Shown here piece after piece: positions 1 through 9,841 of a stretch of 64,000 nucleotides of DNA (the stretch's first letter is position 1; every line of letters starts with the position of its first letter). Source of the stretch: an uncultured Methanomicrobiales archaeon (lineage in GTDB: Archaea; Halobacteriota; Methanomicrobia; Methanomicrobiales; Methanospirillaceae). The notes below the pieces were generated by a model. It worked only from the letters and a program-made list of their open reading frames with translations. It did not search any database and was not told where the DNA came from. The stretch spans positions 192,001-256,000 of the forward strand of contig OY969100.1 of assembly GCA_963697895.1 (NCBI GenBank), given 5' to 3'. Both the position numbers and the translations under genes were made by a program.

Positions 1-1
1 C

Positions 2-52
2 GTGCTCGTGCCGTCCGACCTCGAGATGGTCGAGATCCCCTTCCGGGACTGA
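2..52 (+). CDS. 3' end of a CDS entering the window (possibly ribonuclease Z)
   Basis: Frame 2 reads VLVPSDLEMVEIPFRD* with GC3-rich codons; resembles RNase Z C-termini but is too short to be sure. Confidence 0.35.
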   Translation: MLVPSDLEMVEIPFRD

Positions 53-283
53 TCGCCGGCGCATCCCGGGAGAGCATCCCGGTGAATCATCCTGCGACGC
101 CCCGAATAACTGCAGCACCCCATGATCATGTTCCGGGGAATCACCCTCCGCGGGCATACCGCCGAATAACTGCTGCAGGATACGAACAGGAAGATTAACC
201 CGTCCTTAAAACACAGTACATCACGACAGGATGCGGCCGCTGCAGGGTTCGGGGGCGGTCGCACCCGATACGGAGTTCACTAC

Positions 284-2125
284 ATGGAAAATGATACCAA
301 TACAACCGTTTATCGCCTGGGGCCGAGCTGCGACCTCAACGACGTGGAGCAGGGGAAGATCTATATCGGCCGGGTGCAGGGGTTCGCAAACTTCGGGGCG
401 TTCGTCCAGCTGAACGACCGGGTCAAGGGGCTTGTCCACAAGAGCAACATCCGGACCCAGCTGAAGGAACGGGAGAACGTCCTCGTCAAGGTCCGGATGA
501 TACGGCCGAACGGGAATATCGATCTCGAGGAGGTGCTCATCCCGGTGTACACCACCGAGATGGTGGAGAAGAAGTCCGCTGCGGTCCGGCTCTCGGACCT
601 CCGGAGCAGGATCGGGAGAGTCGTCCGGATCGAGGGAGAGATCGCCCAGATCAAACAGACGAGCGGGCCGACGATCTTCACCCTCGTCGACGAGTCGGGG
701 ACCGAGAATGCGGCTGCGTTCGTGGAGGCAGGGGTCCGGGCGTACCCGGAGGCAGAGCTCGGGGACATCGTCCGGATCTTTGGAGAGGTGATGCAGCGGA
801 ACAACCAGATGCAGGTGGAGGTGGAGAGCCTCTCGATCCTGACCGGCGAGGATGCGGAGCAGGTACGGGACCGGATCGAAAAGGCCCTCGAGATACGGTC
901 CGAACCGGAAGACATCCCCTTCCTGATCGAGAGCGAAACGCTCTCCCGCCTCAGGCCGGAGATGAAAAAGATCGCCCGGATCATCCGGAAGGCGGTCTTC
1001 ACCGCACAGCCGATCATCCTCCGGCATCATGCGGATGCCGACGGCATCTGTTCTGCGGTCGCGATCGAACAGGCGGTCACGTCGCTCATCCGGGAGTCGG
1101 GAGGGGATTATGACGCGGATTATTTTCTCTTCAAGCGGAGCCCCTCGAAGGCGCCCTTCTACGAGATCGAGGACATCACCCGTGACCTTGACTTTTCCTT
1201 AAAAGATCACATCCGTTTCGGCCAGAAAATGCCCCTGATCCTTCTTACCGACAACGGTTCGACCGAGGAGGATCTCCCCGCGTACAAGATGGCCCAGGTC
1301 TACGGACTCCCGATCGTCGTGATCGACCACCACCACCCGGACGAGATCGTGGACCGGTACGTGATCGCCCATGTGAACCCTTATCACGTGGGCGGGGACT
1401 TCGGCCTCACCTCCGGGATGCTCGGGACCGAAGTGGCCCGGATGATCAACCCGGCGATCGGCGATCTGATCCGTCACCTTCCTGCGGTCGCCGGGGTCGG
1501 AGACCGGAGCGAGGCGCCCGAGTGCCCCCGGTACCTCGCGCTCGCGGCGGACCGGTACAGCGAACAGCAGTGCCGGGATATCGCCCTCTCCCTCGACTAC
1601 GAACAGTTCTGGCTCCGGTTCAATGACGGCCGCGAGATAGTGAAGGACATCCTGAACCTGACCGGAAACCCGGAACGTCATACCCGGCTGATCGCGACCC
1701 TCGTCGAGGGGGCCAATGCGGCGATCGAGGACCAGATGAGCGCCAGCCTGCCCCATGTGCGGAAGGAATCCCTGAAAAACGGCGCCCTTTTATTCCTCCT
1801 CGACGTGGAGATCCATGCCCACAAGTTCACCTTTCCACCCCCGGGCAAGACGTCGGGGGAGGTGCACGACCGGCTCTGCAGGGAGAATGCCGGCACCCCG
1901 GTCGTCACGATCGGGTTCGGCCCCGACTTCGCGGTCCTCCGCTCCCGGGGGGTCATGATGAACATCCCCCAGATGGTCCGCGAGCTCCGGGACGAGATCC
2001 CGGGCGGAGGGATCAGTGGCGGTGGTCACCTCGTCGTCGGGAGCATCAAGTTCGTCGAGGGGATGCGGGACGAGGTGCTGCAGGGGCTGATCGCAAAGAT
2101 CTCCCGGGCACCGGCGGGTTCTTAA
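284..2125 (+). CDS. RecJ-like DHH family phosphoesterase/exonuclease with S1 and OB-fold domains
   Basis: 613 aa; S1 motif (FGAFVQL...GLVHKS), OB fold (IKQTSGPTIF), HHADADG, DNG, DHH and GGGH motifs. Confidence 0.9.
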   Translation: MENDTNTTVYRLGPSCDLNDVEQGKIYIGRVQGFANFGAFVQLNDRVKGLVHKSNIRTQLKERENVLVKVRMIRPNGNIDLEEVLIPVYTTEMVEKKSAAVRLSDLRSRIGRVVRIEGEIAQIKQTSGPTIFTLVDESGTENAAAFVEAGVRAYPEAELGDIVRIFGEVMQRNNQMQVEVESLSILTGEDAEQVRDRIEKALEIRSEPEDIPFLIESETLSRLRPEMKKIARIIRKAVFTAQPIILRHHADADGICSAVAIEQAVTSLIRESGGDYDADYFLFKRSPSKAPFYEIEDITRDLDFSLKDHIRFGQKMPLILLTDNGSTEEDLPAYKMAQVYGLPIVVIDHHHPDEIVDRYVIAHVNPYHVGGDFGLTSGMLGTEVARMINPAIGDLIRHLPAVAGVGDRSEAPECPRYLALAADRYSEQQCRDIALSLDYEQFWLRFNDGREIVKDILNLTGNPERHTRLIATLVEGANAAIEDQMSASLPHVRKESLKNGALLFLLDVEIHAHKFTFPPPGKTSGEVHDRLCRENAGTPVVTIGFGPDFAVLRSRGVMMNIPQMVRELRDEIPGGGISGGGHLVVGSIKFVEGMRDEVLQGLIAKISRAPAGS

Positions 2126-2279
2126 AAATCCCCCCGGGGATACTCTCACCCTTGGGAAATTGGTGAATTTTTCCGTCCGATCATCAAAATAGCCGGAAAT
2201 AACGCGCTATGTAAGACAAATATGTTTATATAGCGGCGATTGGATACCAGATCCTCAACATTGCTTGGGTGAAGATCAC

Positions 2280-2531
2280 ATGACAGCAACACGCAGATTA
2301 CGTGATAAATACAACGAGACCCAGCACCGCATAATCCTGTATCTCGATTCAGGCCTGAAGAAGGGAAAGCACTACTTCAAGTCCAAATATATCGCAAAGG
2401 AGCTCGGCCTCTCGGCAAAGGAGGTAGGCACCAATATGGCGATCCTCGCCGAGATATGCCAGGAGCTCGCGATCATCAAGTGGAGCTATTCCAACAGTAC
2501 GACCTGGATGGTGACGCCGAAGGCGGCGTAA
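2280..2531 (+). CDS. Small winged-helix/HTH protein conserved in euryarchaea
   Basis: MTATRRLR...YFKSKYIAKELGLSAKEVG...STTWMV; TATA-like TTTATATA at 2225-2232. Confidence 0.8.
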   Translation: MTATRRLRDKYNETQHRIILYLDSGLKKGKHYFKSKYIAKELGLSAKEVGTNMAILAEICQELAIIKWSYSNSTTWMVTPKAA

Positions 2532-2540
2532 GGAGGGTGC

Positions 2541-2726
2541 ATGGGAGACAAGATCGAGTTCATCTCTACGCTCGAATTCATCGGGAACGTGAATGCGGTG
2601 AAGGACTGCCTCATGTCCCAGGAGAAGACGGAGGATCCGAAGGTCCTCTGGTTCAACATCGATGTGCCGAAGGGTCATGAGCTCAAGCCCGGGGACCGCG
2701 TCCGGGTTACCGTGGAAAAACTGTAG
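2541..2726 (+). CDS. Hypothetical protein, 61 aa
   Basis: AGGAGG directly upstream, host-like codon usage, follows the previous gene by 9 nt. Confidence 0.7.
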   Translation: MGDKIEFISTLEFIGNVNAVKDCLMSQEKTEDPKVLWFNIDVPKGHELKPGDRVRVTVEKL

Positions 2727-3147
2727 GGAATCAATACCCCGTAGACTTTTACGGACCGCAATTCCGGGGATTCGTGCACCGGAGGGGATGGTTTGCCGGG
2801 GATGAAAGAGGCACGAAGGAGATCGGGTTTTATTTCTTCGGATACCGCGTGGGCTTGTCTGCTCACTCGGGAAATGATTCCTCAGGTCCCCTGGTCAGCT
2901 CCCCTTTCTGATATTGCAATAGCGTGCGGTTACCGGTGACCATTACGAGGTTTTTCCCTCTCTGATCCGGTTTCCCACTGAATCCACCTGCAGATAGTGA
3001 CATGGTGCGGGTCTGGGATTCGTGACGTTCATGTTTTGTTCTCCGGTACCTTCCCGATTCTTCATGCGGATGGCACACTCTGAGTGGTTACGAATATTCT
3101 CTGAAAGGAACCCGTTCTCCTTCCCGATCCCCTTGAGCCACTTTCCT

Positions 3148-3807
3148 TCAGGTGTCCGTTGGAGGAGCGTCAAGAATGAGGTCCCCCGCTCCGGATGCGA
3201 TGCAGCCCCGGATCTCAGAAAGACGCCGCTCGTCCCGGTCCAGCTCCTCTCTCATCCGGGTGATCGTGCGGGAGGGTTCCCTTCCCTTCCGGCGGGAAGC
3301 CGGATCTGCCTGTTCCAATAGGAAGATCAGGCGGCGGTTCCCGATCACGCGTCGGGAAAGTTCCCTGTACTCCGTTATTGTCCCGTCCGGGAGACCGGCC
3401 GCGGACGCATCGCGAAGTTCCTCCTCGATCTGCCGGGTTCGTGCGAAAAAGTCCCCGATCGCCCCGAGGAGATCGCGATGGGTGATCGGCTTCTGGAGGA
3501 AGTCTTCGATCCAGCTTCCGTACTCCTCCGCCTCCCCCGGGGTCAGGTCCTTTGCGGTGATCATCATCACCGGGATTGTGGCGGTCCGGGGATCTGCCTT
3601 GATCCGGACGAGGGTCTCCCAGCCGTCCGGCGGTTCCATCATGATGTCGAGGAGGATCAGGTCCGGCCGGATCCCTTTCTCCAGGATATCCAGGCATTCT
3701 CTCCCGCCTGATGCGGATATCGTCCGATAATTGCCTTTTCCGAGCATGGCCGAGAAGATGTCGATGATGAACGGGCTGTCATCGACGATGAGGATCGTGT
3801 ACATCAT
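3148..3807 (-). CDS. Response regulator (receiver domain plus helical C-terminal extension)
   Basis: ILIVDDSP...DLILLDIMM...MITAK...FLQKPI receiver motifs intact. Confidence 0.9.
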   Translation of the reverse strand: MMYTILIVDDSPFIIDIFSAMLGKGNYRTISASGGRECLDILEKGIRPDLILLDIMMEPPDGWETLVRIKADPRTATIPVMMITAKDLTPGEAEEYGSWIEDFLQKPITHRDLLGAIGDFFARTRQIEEELRDASAAGLPDGTITEYRELSRRVIGNRRLIFLLEQADPASRRKGREPSRTITRMREELDRDERRLSEIRGCIASGAGDLILDAPPTDT

Positions 3808-4100
3808 GAACCCCCGGTTCCTGGTTTACCGTCCTGGACGGAAGATCGGGAATCCTGTCTGGGGATTCCCTCCAACCCTCCGGATATGGGACGCAACCAT
3901 CAGATATGCCACCCATCTCTTTATAGCTTGCAGGTTTGCACCCGATCCACCGTGAAGAGCCTCCATGACCCGGCCGGTCCCTGCCCTCCCGGAGGATCCT
4001 CTCAAACCCTGCCCGGTACAGGAAGATCAGGAGACGAAATCCGGATCCGAACCTCCGGTACTTACCTATTATAAGGGATATGGACGAACCGTATAAGAGC

Positions 4101-4174
4101 GGGGCCATAGGGTAGCCTGGCCATCCTAGGAGACTGGGGGTCTTCTGACCCGCGTTCAAATCGCGGTGGCCCCA
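4101..4174 (+). tRNA. tRNA-Pro (anticodon GGG)
   Basis: GGGGCCA/TGGCCCC acceptor stem, anticodon loop CTGGGGG, T-arm CCGCG-TTCAAAT-CGCGG; CCA not encoded. Confidence 0.95.
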
Positions 4175-4209
4175 TTCCATTCATGAGGTCTCCCCCTCCG
4201 GTGCCCGAG

Positions 4210-5064
4210 ATGAAATTTGATACCCGTTGTTTTGACTGCCTGCTCTCCCGAGTCGCCCTCGAGTGCCAGCTCTGCGGGGCGGATCCGCGGCAGAGCGAAG
4301 AGACCCTGCAGGCATGTGCCGCACTCCTCGATACCCTGAAGGCCGGGCCGCTCCTGCACCCGCAGATCGCCAGTGCCATGCACCGGAAGGCGTATGCTCT
4401 CCTCGGAGACCGGGACCCGTTCGCCGCGCTCAAGGAAGCGGGCAACCGGGAGGCGATCGCGGTCTGCCGGCAGGTGCGGCCGATGCTCACCGGATTCCGG
4501 GACTACTGCATCGCGAGCATCATCGGGAATACCTACGACTACGGGGTGAAGTCCCACACGGTGGAGAAGGACTTCCTCGCATTCTTCCGCGAGGCCTTCT
4601 CCGCCGGGCTGGCGATCGACGATACGGCCCGCATACAGAAGAAGATCGCACGGGTTGTTTATTTCACGGATAACTGCGGGGAGATCGTCTTCGACCGGCT
4701 GCTCCTCGAGGATCTCCATCGTCGTGGCTCCCGGATCACCCTGGTCGTCCGGGACGAGCCGATCCTCAACGATGCGACGATGAAGGAGGCACGGGAGCTC
4801 CGGCTCGAACGGTTCGTCGATACCCTTGCAACGACCGGATGCGGCTGCGAGCTCGGGGTACGGCTGGAATGCCTCTCCCCGGAGGTATCCCGTGCCCTTC
4901 GCGACTGCACGCTCGTCATCTCCAAGGGGATGGCGAATTACGAGTCTCTCTCCGAATTTTCGGGTCTGCCCCCGGTCGCCTACCTGATGGCGGTCAAATG
5001 CGACCCGATCGCGGAGGCGGTCGGTGTGCCCCGGGGTTCCCGGATCGCGATGCTGCAGGAATAA
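4210..5064 (+). CDS. Damage-control phosphatase, ARMT1/DUF89 family
   Basis: N-terminal CxxC, DPF..K..N, GNTYD, TDNCGE, PILNDAT and SKGMANYESL motifs. Confidence 0.9.
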   Translation: MKFDTRCFDCLLSRVALECQLCGADPRQSEETLQACAALLDTLKAGPLLHPQIASAMHRKAYALLGDRDPFAALKEAGNREAIAVCRQVRPMLTGFRDYCIASIIGNTYDYGVKSHTVEKDFLAFFREAFSAGLAIDDTARIQKKIARVVYFTDNCGEIVFDRLLLEDLHRRGSRITLVVRDEPILNDATMKEARELRLERFVDTLATTGCGCELGVRLECLSPEVSRALRDCTLVISKGMANYESLSEFSGLPPVAYLMAVKCDPIAEAVGVPRGSRIAMLQE

Positions 5065-5495
5065 ACCAGAGAAGAACCGATCGTTGTGCAGGAATAAATC
5101 AGGGGAGAAACGGATCATTCCTGCAAAAATGAACCAGGGAAGAACCGATCGTTGTGCAGGAATAAATCAGGGGAGAAACGGATCATTCCTGCAAAAATGA
5201 ACCAGGGAAGAACCGATCGTTGTGCAGGAATAAATGGGAAGGAATAGATCGTTCCCGGTTCACGATTCTTCAGGAATGAACCGGGGAAAAACCGATCATT
5301 CCGGATCGCGATGCTGCGGGAATGAACCGGGGAAAAACCGATCTTTCCGGATCGCGTTGCTGCGGGAATGAACAGGGGAAGACCCGATCGTTCCGGATCG
5401 CGTTGCTGCGGGAATGAACCGGGGAAAAACCGATCATTCCGGATCGCGATGCTGCAGGAATGAATCGTTCCCGGTTTACGGCGCTGCAGGAATAA
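5036..5495 (+). repeat. Degenerate tandem array derived from the 3' end of the DUF89 gene
   Basis: 68-bp period (5071, 5139, 5207) then 46-bp period (5301, 5347, 5393, 5439) of CCGGATCGCGWTGCTGCRGGAATRA, which is the gene's last codons plus stop. Confidence 0.9.
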
Positions 5496-5573
5496 CACAA
5501 GGCTTACGGGAGGTGGCGTCCCCGGCAGACGCGCAACCGACCCGAAATCAAATGTTATAAATATCCCCGGGTT

Positions 5574-5591
5574 ATACAAAATAAATTGTAT
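5574..5591. promoter_or_regulatory. Inverted repeat in the AT-rich cbiM promoter, candidate operator
   Basis: ATACAA-N6-TTGTAT between a TATA-like TTATAAATA (~5555-5563) and the cbiM ATG. Confidence 0.4.
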
Positions 5592-5619
5592 TAAAACAAA
5601 ATAAGTTGAGGTATTCAAT

Positions 5620-6312
5620 ATGCACATCATGGAAGGATTCCTGCCGCTCTCCTGGGCGGTTTTCTGGTGGATCATCGCCCTGCCCTGCCTGATATTCGGC
5701 ATCTACCGGCTGAAGAAAGTCCTGGATGCTGACCGCGAGGCGCTCCCGCTCCTCGGGGTGACGGGGGGGTTCATCTTCATCCTCTCCTCCCTGAAACTCC
5801 CGTCGGTCACCGGCAGCAGTTCGCACCCGACGGGGACGGGCCTGACCGCCGTCTGTTTCGGGCCCTGGATCACGACGGTGATCGCGGCGATCGTGCTCCT
5901 TTTCCAGGCCCTCTTTCTCGCCCATGGCGGGCTCTCGACCCTCGGGGCCAATCTCGTCTCGATGGGGATCGCCGGCCCGCTGGTCGGGTGGGGGATCTAC
6001 CGGGCGCTCCGGGATACCCGGGTCAATATGTACCTGACCGTTTTTCTCGCCTGTGCGTTCGCAGACCTGTTCACCTACGTGGTCACCTCGCTGGAACTGG
6101 CGCTCGCATTCCCGGCGGCAGTGGGCGGGGTAGGGAGCTCGTTCCTCCTGTTCATGGGCATCTTTGCGATAACCCAGGTACCCCTGGCGATCGTCGAGGG
6201 GGTCGTCCTCGCCCTGGTCTTCAAGTACATCGTCCAGCTCAAACCCGATATCCTTCTCCGTCTGCACGTCTTTCCGGAGGAGAAGATCCGGTCCGCCCGG
6301 GGGGAGGACTGA
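5620..6312 (+). CDS. cbiM: Cobalt ECF transporter substrate component CbiM
   Basis: Diagnostic MHIMEGFLP N-terminus, SSSHPTGTG, AHGGLSTLGAN. Confidence 0.95.
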   Translation: MHIMEGFLPLSWAVFWWIIALPCLIFGIYRLKKVLDADREALPLLGVTGGFIFILSSLKLPSVTGSSSHPTGTGLTAVCFGPWITTVIAAIVLLFQALFLAHGGLSTLGANLVSMGIAGPLVGWGIYRALRDTRVNMYLTVFLACAFADLFTYVVTSLELALAFPAAVGGVGSSFLLFMGIFAITQVPLAIVEGVVLALVFKYIVQLKPDILLRLHVFPEEKIRSARGED

Positions 6313-6626
6313 TGGCGTTCCGGTTCCGGCTGGAGATCCTTGCGATCGTCGCCGTCCTGGTGTTCGCGGGGATGTTCCTGTACACGAGTTCGATCGCCGG
6401 CAGCGGGGAGTTCTCCGGGTCGGACGATAAAGGGTCGGAGCAGGTCGCGAATATCACGGGAGTACCCGCGGAGGAGGTCCATCCCCTGATCCCGCAGTGG
6501 ATCCCTCCCGGGGCGGAGGTGGAATCCGCCTTGTTTGCGCTCCAGGCGGCGGCAGGCGGGATCATCGTCGGCTGGGTCTTCGGGTACTGGAAAGGTTTGA
6601 AAACGAAGGAGACCAAGAATAAATGA
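6312..6626 (+). CDS. cbiN: Cobalt transport protein CbiN
   Basis: TGATG overlap with cbiM; EFSGSDD...PPGAEVESALFALQAAAG motif. Confidence 0.9.
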   Translation: MAFRFRLEILAIVAVLVFAGMFLYTSSIAGSGEFSGSDDKGSEQVANITGVPAEEVHPLIPQWIPPGAEVESALFALQAAAGGIIVGWVFGYWKGLKTKETKNK

Positions 6627-6636
6627 GATTTCAGCC

Positions 6637-7426
6637 ATGTACGACGAACTCCTCGAGGACATCGCCCAGACGAACGGTCTCCGGGAAGTCAATACATACC
6701 TGAAACTGGCAGCGGGGCTCTGGGGGATCCTCCTCGTCCTCCTCTCTTCCAGTTACATCGCACCCCTTTCGATCGCCCTCCTCTTTACCGGGGCGATCCT
6801 TCTCCTCGCCCGGATAGACGGATGGACGTATGCGAAGCTCTTCATCGTGCCCTTCTGGTTTGCGGTCATGAGTGTCGCCGTCATCATCCTGCTTTCGGGG
6901 GGCAGCACGGTCTACTGGAGCTGGAGCCCGGCATCCTGGCTCTCGTTCTCGCTCACGGCAGAGAGCATCAACCAGGGAATTTTTGTGTTCTGCCGGGTTA
7001 TCGGAGGCATGTCGGCGCTTATCTTTATCGCCCTCACGACCCCGATGACGGATCTATTCGTGGTGATGCGCCGGGCCCGGATCCCGGAAGCCGTGCTGGA
7101 TCTCGCGATGATCATCTACCGGAGCATCTTTTCGATCATGGACCAGCTCGTGCAGACGTACCAGGCCCAGGTGATGCGATCCGGATATACCTCGTTCCGG
7201 GAATCGGTGCAATCCTTTTCTTCCCTCTGCGGCTCAGTATTTATCAGCGAGCTGGGAAGAAGGGGAGGATCTCATCCGGGCGATGGATGCACGCTGTTAC
7301 GCGGGAAAGTTTGCGATACTGGGGGAAAACCGCCCGGTGGAGCGTGTACCCCTCCTCGTGGTGGTGACATTCATCGCGCTGTCGTCCGCCATCGTGATCC
7401 TCACCGGAAATATAAGACTGATGTAG
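6637..7426 (+). CDS. cbiQ: Cobalt ECF transporter T component CbiQ (one-base frameshift at ~7246)
   Basis: CbiQ-like through SVFI; removing A7246 continues ASWEEGEDLIRAMDARCYAG...RLM* ending 12 nt before cbiO. Confidence 0.85.
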
Positions 7427-7438
7427 GGCAGAAATTCC

Positions 7439-8674
7439 ATGAGCAGCATCATCCTCGAGGCACGGGAGATCCGGTATCGCTACCCGCGGGGACCGGAGGC
7501 GCTCCAGGGGATCAGCTTTCATATCCGGAAAGGAGAGAAGATCGCCCTTGTCGGCCCGAACGGGGCCGGAAAATCGACGCTCATGCTGATGTTCAACGGC
7601 ATGATCCGCCCCGATTCCGGGGTCCTCCTCTTCGACAACGCGGAGGTCCGGTACGACAAGGCGTCGCTCCGGATGCTCCGGAAACGGGTCGGGTTCGTCC
7701 TCCAGAACCCGGACCGGCAGATCATCGCGCCGACGGTGTACCAGGACGTCGCATTCGGGCCGACGAACCTCGGGTACACGGGAGAGGAGATCTCCCGTGC
7801 GGTGGCAGGAGCGCTCGGCCAGGTCGGGCTCGGGGGGTTCGAACGGCGTCCCCCGCACCAGCTCTCCGGCGGGGAGAAGAAACGGGTGGCGATCGCCGGG
7901 GTGCTTGCGATGAACCCCGACCTGCTCGTGCTGGACGAACCGACGAGCGGCCTCGACCCTTCCGGGTCGGAGGATATCATGGAACTCCTCGACGAACTCA
8001 ATCACCAGGGAAAGACGATCATCATCGCCACGCACGACATCGAGCTCGCCTATCCCTGGGCCGACCGGGCGATCCTCCTCTTAAAAGGCAGGATCCTCCA
8101 GGAGGACGTCCCGGACGTGGCCTTCGGCAGGCAGGAGTATGTCCGGCTGGCCCGGCTTTCGGTCCCGATCCTCCTCGACCTCTACTTCGAACTCGTAAAA
8201 CGGGGTTTTCCCGTTCCCGAAAGAAAGCCGCGGACGGTCCTCGACATGCTGAACGTGATCGACCGGGCATTTCAGAACCGTCCCTGTTACACCGAGCCCG
8301 GGACGATCAGCGTCATCGATGTCGATTCTTCCCCGGAGGGTCCCCTTCCGGCATGGCTCGCGGCGCATCCGGGGGGGACGGTGGGTGCGATGGGGACCCG
8401 GGCGAAACAGCGTGCCGCGGACCGGGAGGTCGTCCTCGATTTCACCTACGGGGTGATCGACAAGTGTATCCTGAAGGCCCTGCTCGGCGAAGACGCCCTC
8501 ATCCTCACGACGGAGAGCATGGTCCACCGGGTCTTCGACCGGGTCGGGGAGTTTTCGCGGGAGAACGGCCTCTCTATCCCGGTGAAACTTCTCGGCGGAT
8601 CGACGGGGAATGAATCCGCCGAAAATAAGCAGGATCCGGAATCGGCCGATCCGGTCGGGGGTTATCCACATTGA
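7439..8674 (+). CDS. cbiO: Cobalt ECF transporter ATPase CbiO with C-terminal extension
   Basis: Walker A GPNGAGKST, LSGGEKKR signature, LDEPTSGLD Walker B. Confidence 0.92.
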   Translation: MSSIILEAREIRYRYPRGPEALQGISFHIRKGEKIALVGPNGAGKSTLMLMFNGMIRPDSGVLLFDNAEVRYDKASLRMLRKRVGFVLQNPDRQIIAPTVYQDVAFGPTNLGYTGEEISRAVAGALGQVGLGGFERRPPHQLSGGEKKRVAIAGVLAMNPDLLVLDEPTSGLDPSGSEDIMELLDELNHQGKTIIIATHDIELAYPWADRAILLLKGRILQEDVPDVAFGRQEYVRLARLSVPILLDLYFELVKRGFPVPERKPRTVLDMLNVIDRAFQNRPCYTEPGTISVIDVDSSPEGPLPAWLAAHPGGTVGAMGTRAKQRAADREVVLDFTYGVIDKCILKALLGEDALILTTESMVHRVFDRVGEFSRENGLSIPVKLLGGSTGNESAENKQDPESADPVGGYPH

Positions 8675-8706
8675 AATACCGGGAAGTCGATGTACCTGAA
8701 GAGACC

Positions 8707-9245
8707 ATGACGGTGCATTCTGCCGGAGGCGAGACCGCGGACGAGGTGCTGGCGATCGACCTCTGGAAGCTCGGACTGCGGCCGGAGGACCATGTCGTCG
8801 AGATCGGGTGCGGGAGCGGAAAGGTAACGATCGCGCTCGCGAACCGGGTCCGGGCGGTATCCGCGGTAGACCGTAATCCGGATGCGATCCGGGCCGCGAA
8901 GAACCGGAGCGATGAGGCCCGGGTGGGGAATATCACGTTTTTCCCGGAGCATGGCGTGGATTTTCTCGTGCGGCACGACGGGTTCGACTGCGCCTTCATC
9001 GGGGGATCGCACCGGCTGGCGGAGGTCCTGCCGCTCCTTGCGGAACGGGTGGACCGGACGATCGTGGTGAATGCCGTGCTCCTCTCGACCCTCCATACGG
9101 CCATCGCCGGGATGCGGCGGCTCGGCATCTTCCGCGAGGCGATCCAGGTACAGGTAGGGAGAAGCCATCCGATTGCCGGGGACTTCATGTGGAAGCCGAT
9201 CGATCCCGTGTACATCGTCGTGGGGGGGGGAGCGGATGCTCGTAG
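8707..9245 (+). CDS. cbiT: Cobalt-precorrin-6B C15-methyltransferase CbiT (3' end ambiguous because of a G9 run)
   Basis: EIGCGSG SAM motif, AFIGGS, IVVNAV, KPIDPVYIV; likely stop TAG 9243-9245 needs one more G in run 9222-9230. Confidence 0.8.
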
Positions 9246-9841
9246 GACTCGGGCTCGGCCCCGGCGACCCGGAACTCCTTACCCTCCGGGCGGTCAGGCT
9301 GCTCCGGGAGGCCGATCACGTGTACGTCCCCGGCGAGATCGCCCGGAGGCTCGTGGCGCCCTACCGGGATGCACAGGTGCTCGAGTTCCCGATGACCGGG
9401 GACGAGAAATGGATCCGCCGCTGCCTGGAGGGGCATGCGGACCGGATCGCGAAGGAGGCAGAAGCCGGGCTCGTCCTCCTCGCCCTGATCGGGGACCCGA
9501 ACTTCTTTTCCACCTTCACCCGGCTCTGCACCCTGATCCGGGAGCGGTACCCGGGTATCCCGTACGAGACCGTGCCCGGCGTCAGCGCGATCACCGCGTT
9601 CGCATCGGTCGCCGGGCTCTCCCTCTCGGACGGTTTTTCGGTCTCCGACGGGAAGGCGAGCCCCCGGTCCCGGATCATCCTCAAGGTGACCCGTCCTGCC
9701 GAACTGGCGGAAGCGCTCCGGAAAGAAGGATATACCCGGTTTGTCCTGGTCGAACGAATGTACATGGAAGGGATGGCGGTCTACCACGGGGAGCTCCCGG
9801 AGACGAGCCATTACCTGTCCATCCTGTATGCGAGCGAATGA
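9236..9841 (+). CDS. cbiL: Cobalt-precorrin-2 C20-methyltransferase CbiL
   Basis: MLVGLGLGPGDPELLTLRA, GDPNFFSTF, PGVSAI. Confidence 0.9.
   Translation: MLVGLGLGPGDPELLTLRAVRLLREADHVYVPGEIARRLVAPYRDAQVLEFPMTGDEKWIRRCLEGHADRIAKEAEAGLVLLALIGDPNFFSTFTRLCTLIRERYPGIPYETVPGVSAITAFASVAGLSLSDGFSVSDGKASPRSRIILKVTRPAELAEALRKEGYTRFVLVERMYMEGMAVYHGELPETSHYLSILYASE

Noticed and set aside
85-178. Short two-copy duplication (GAATCA.CCT...CCGAATAACTGC.GCA)
   Set aside because: Only two short diverged copies; consistent with the general duplication tendency but too weak to interpret.
4101-4174. tRNA-Pro as an integration site
   Set aside because: No duplicated tRNA 3' end and no integrase seen; flanking genes look host-like.
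6637-8613. 658-aa CbiQ fusion protein
   Set aside because: Out-of-frame read-through over cbiO caused by the extra base at 7246.
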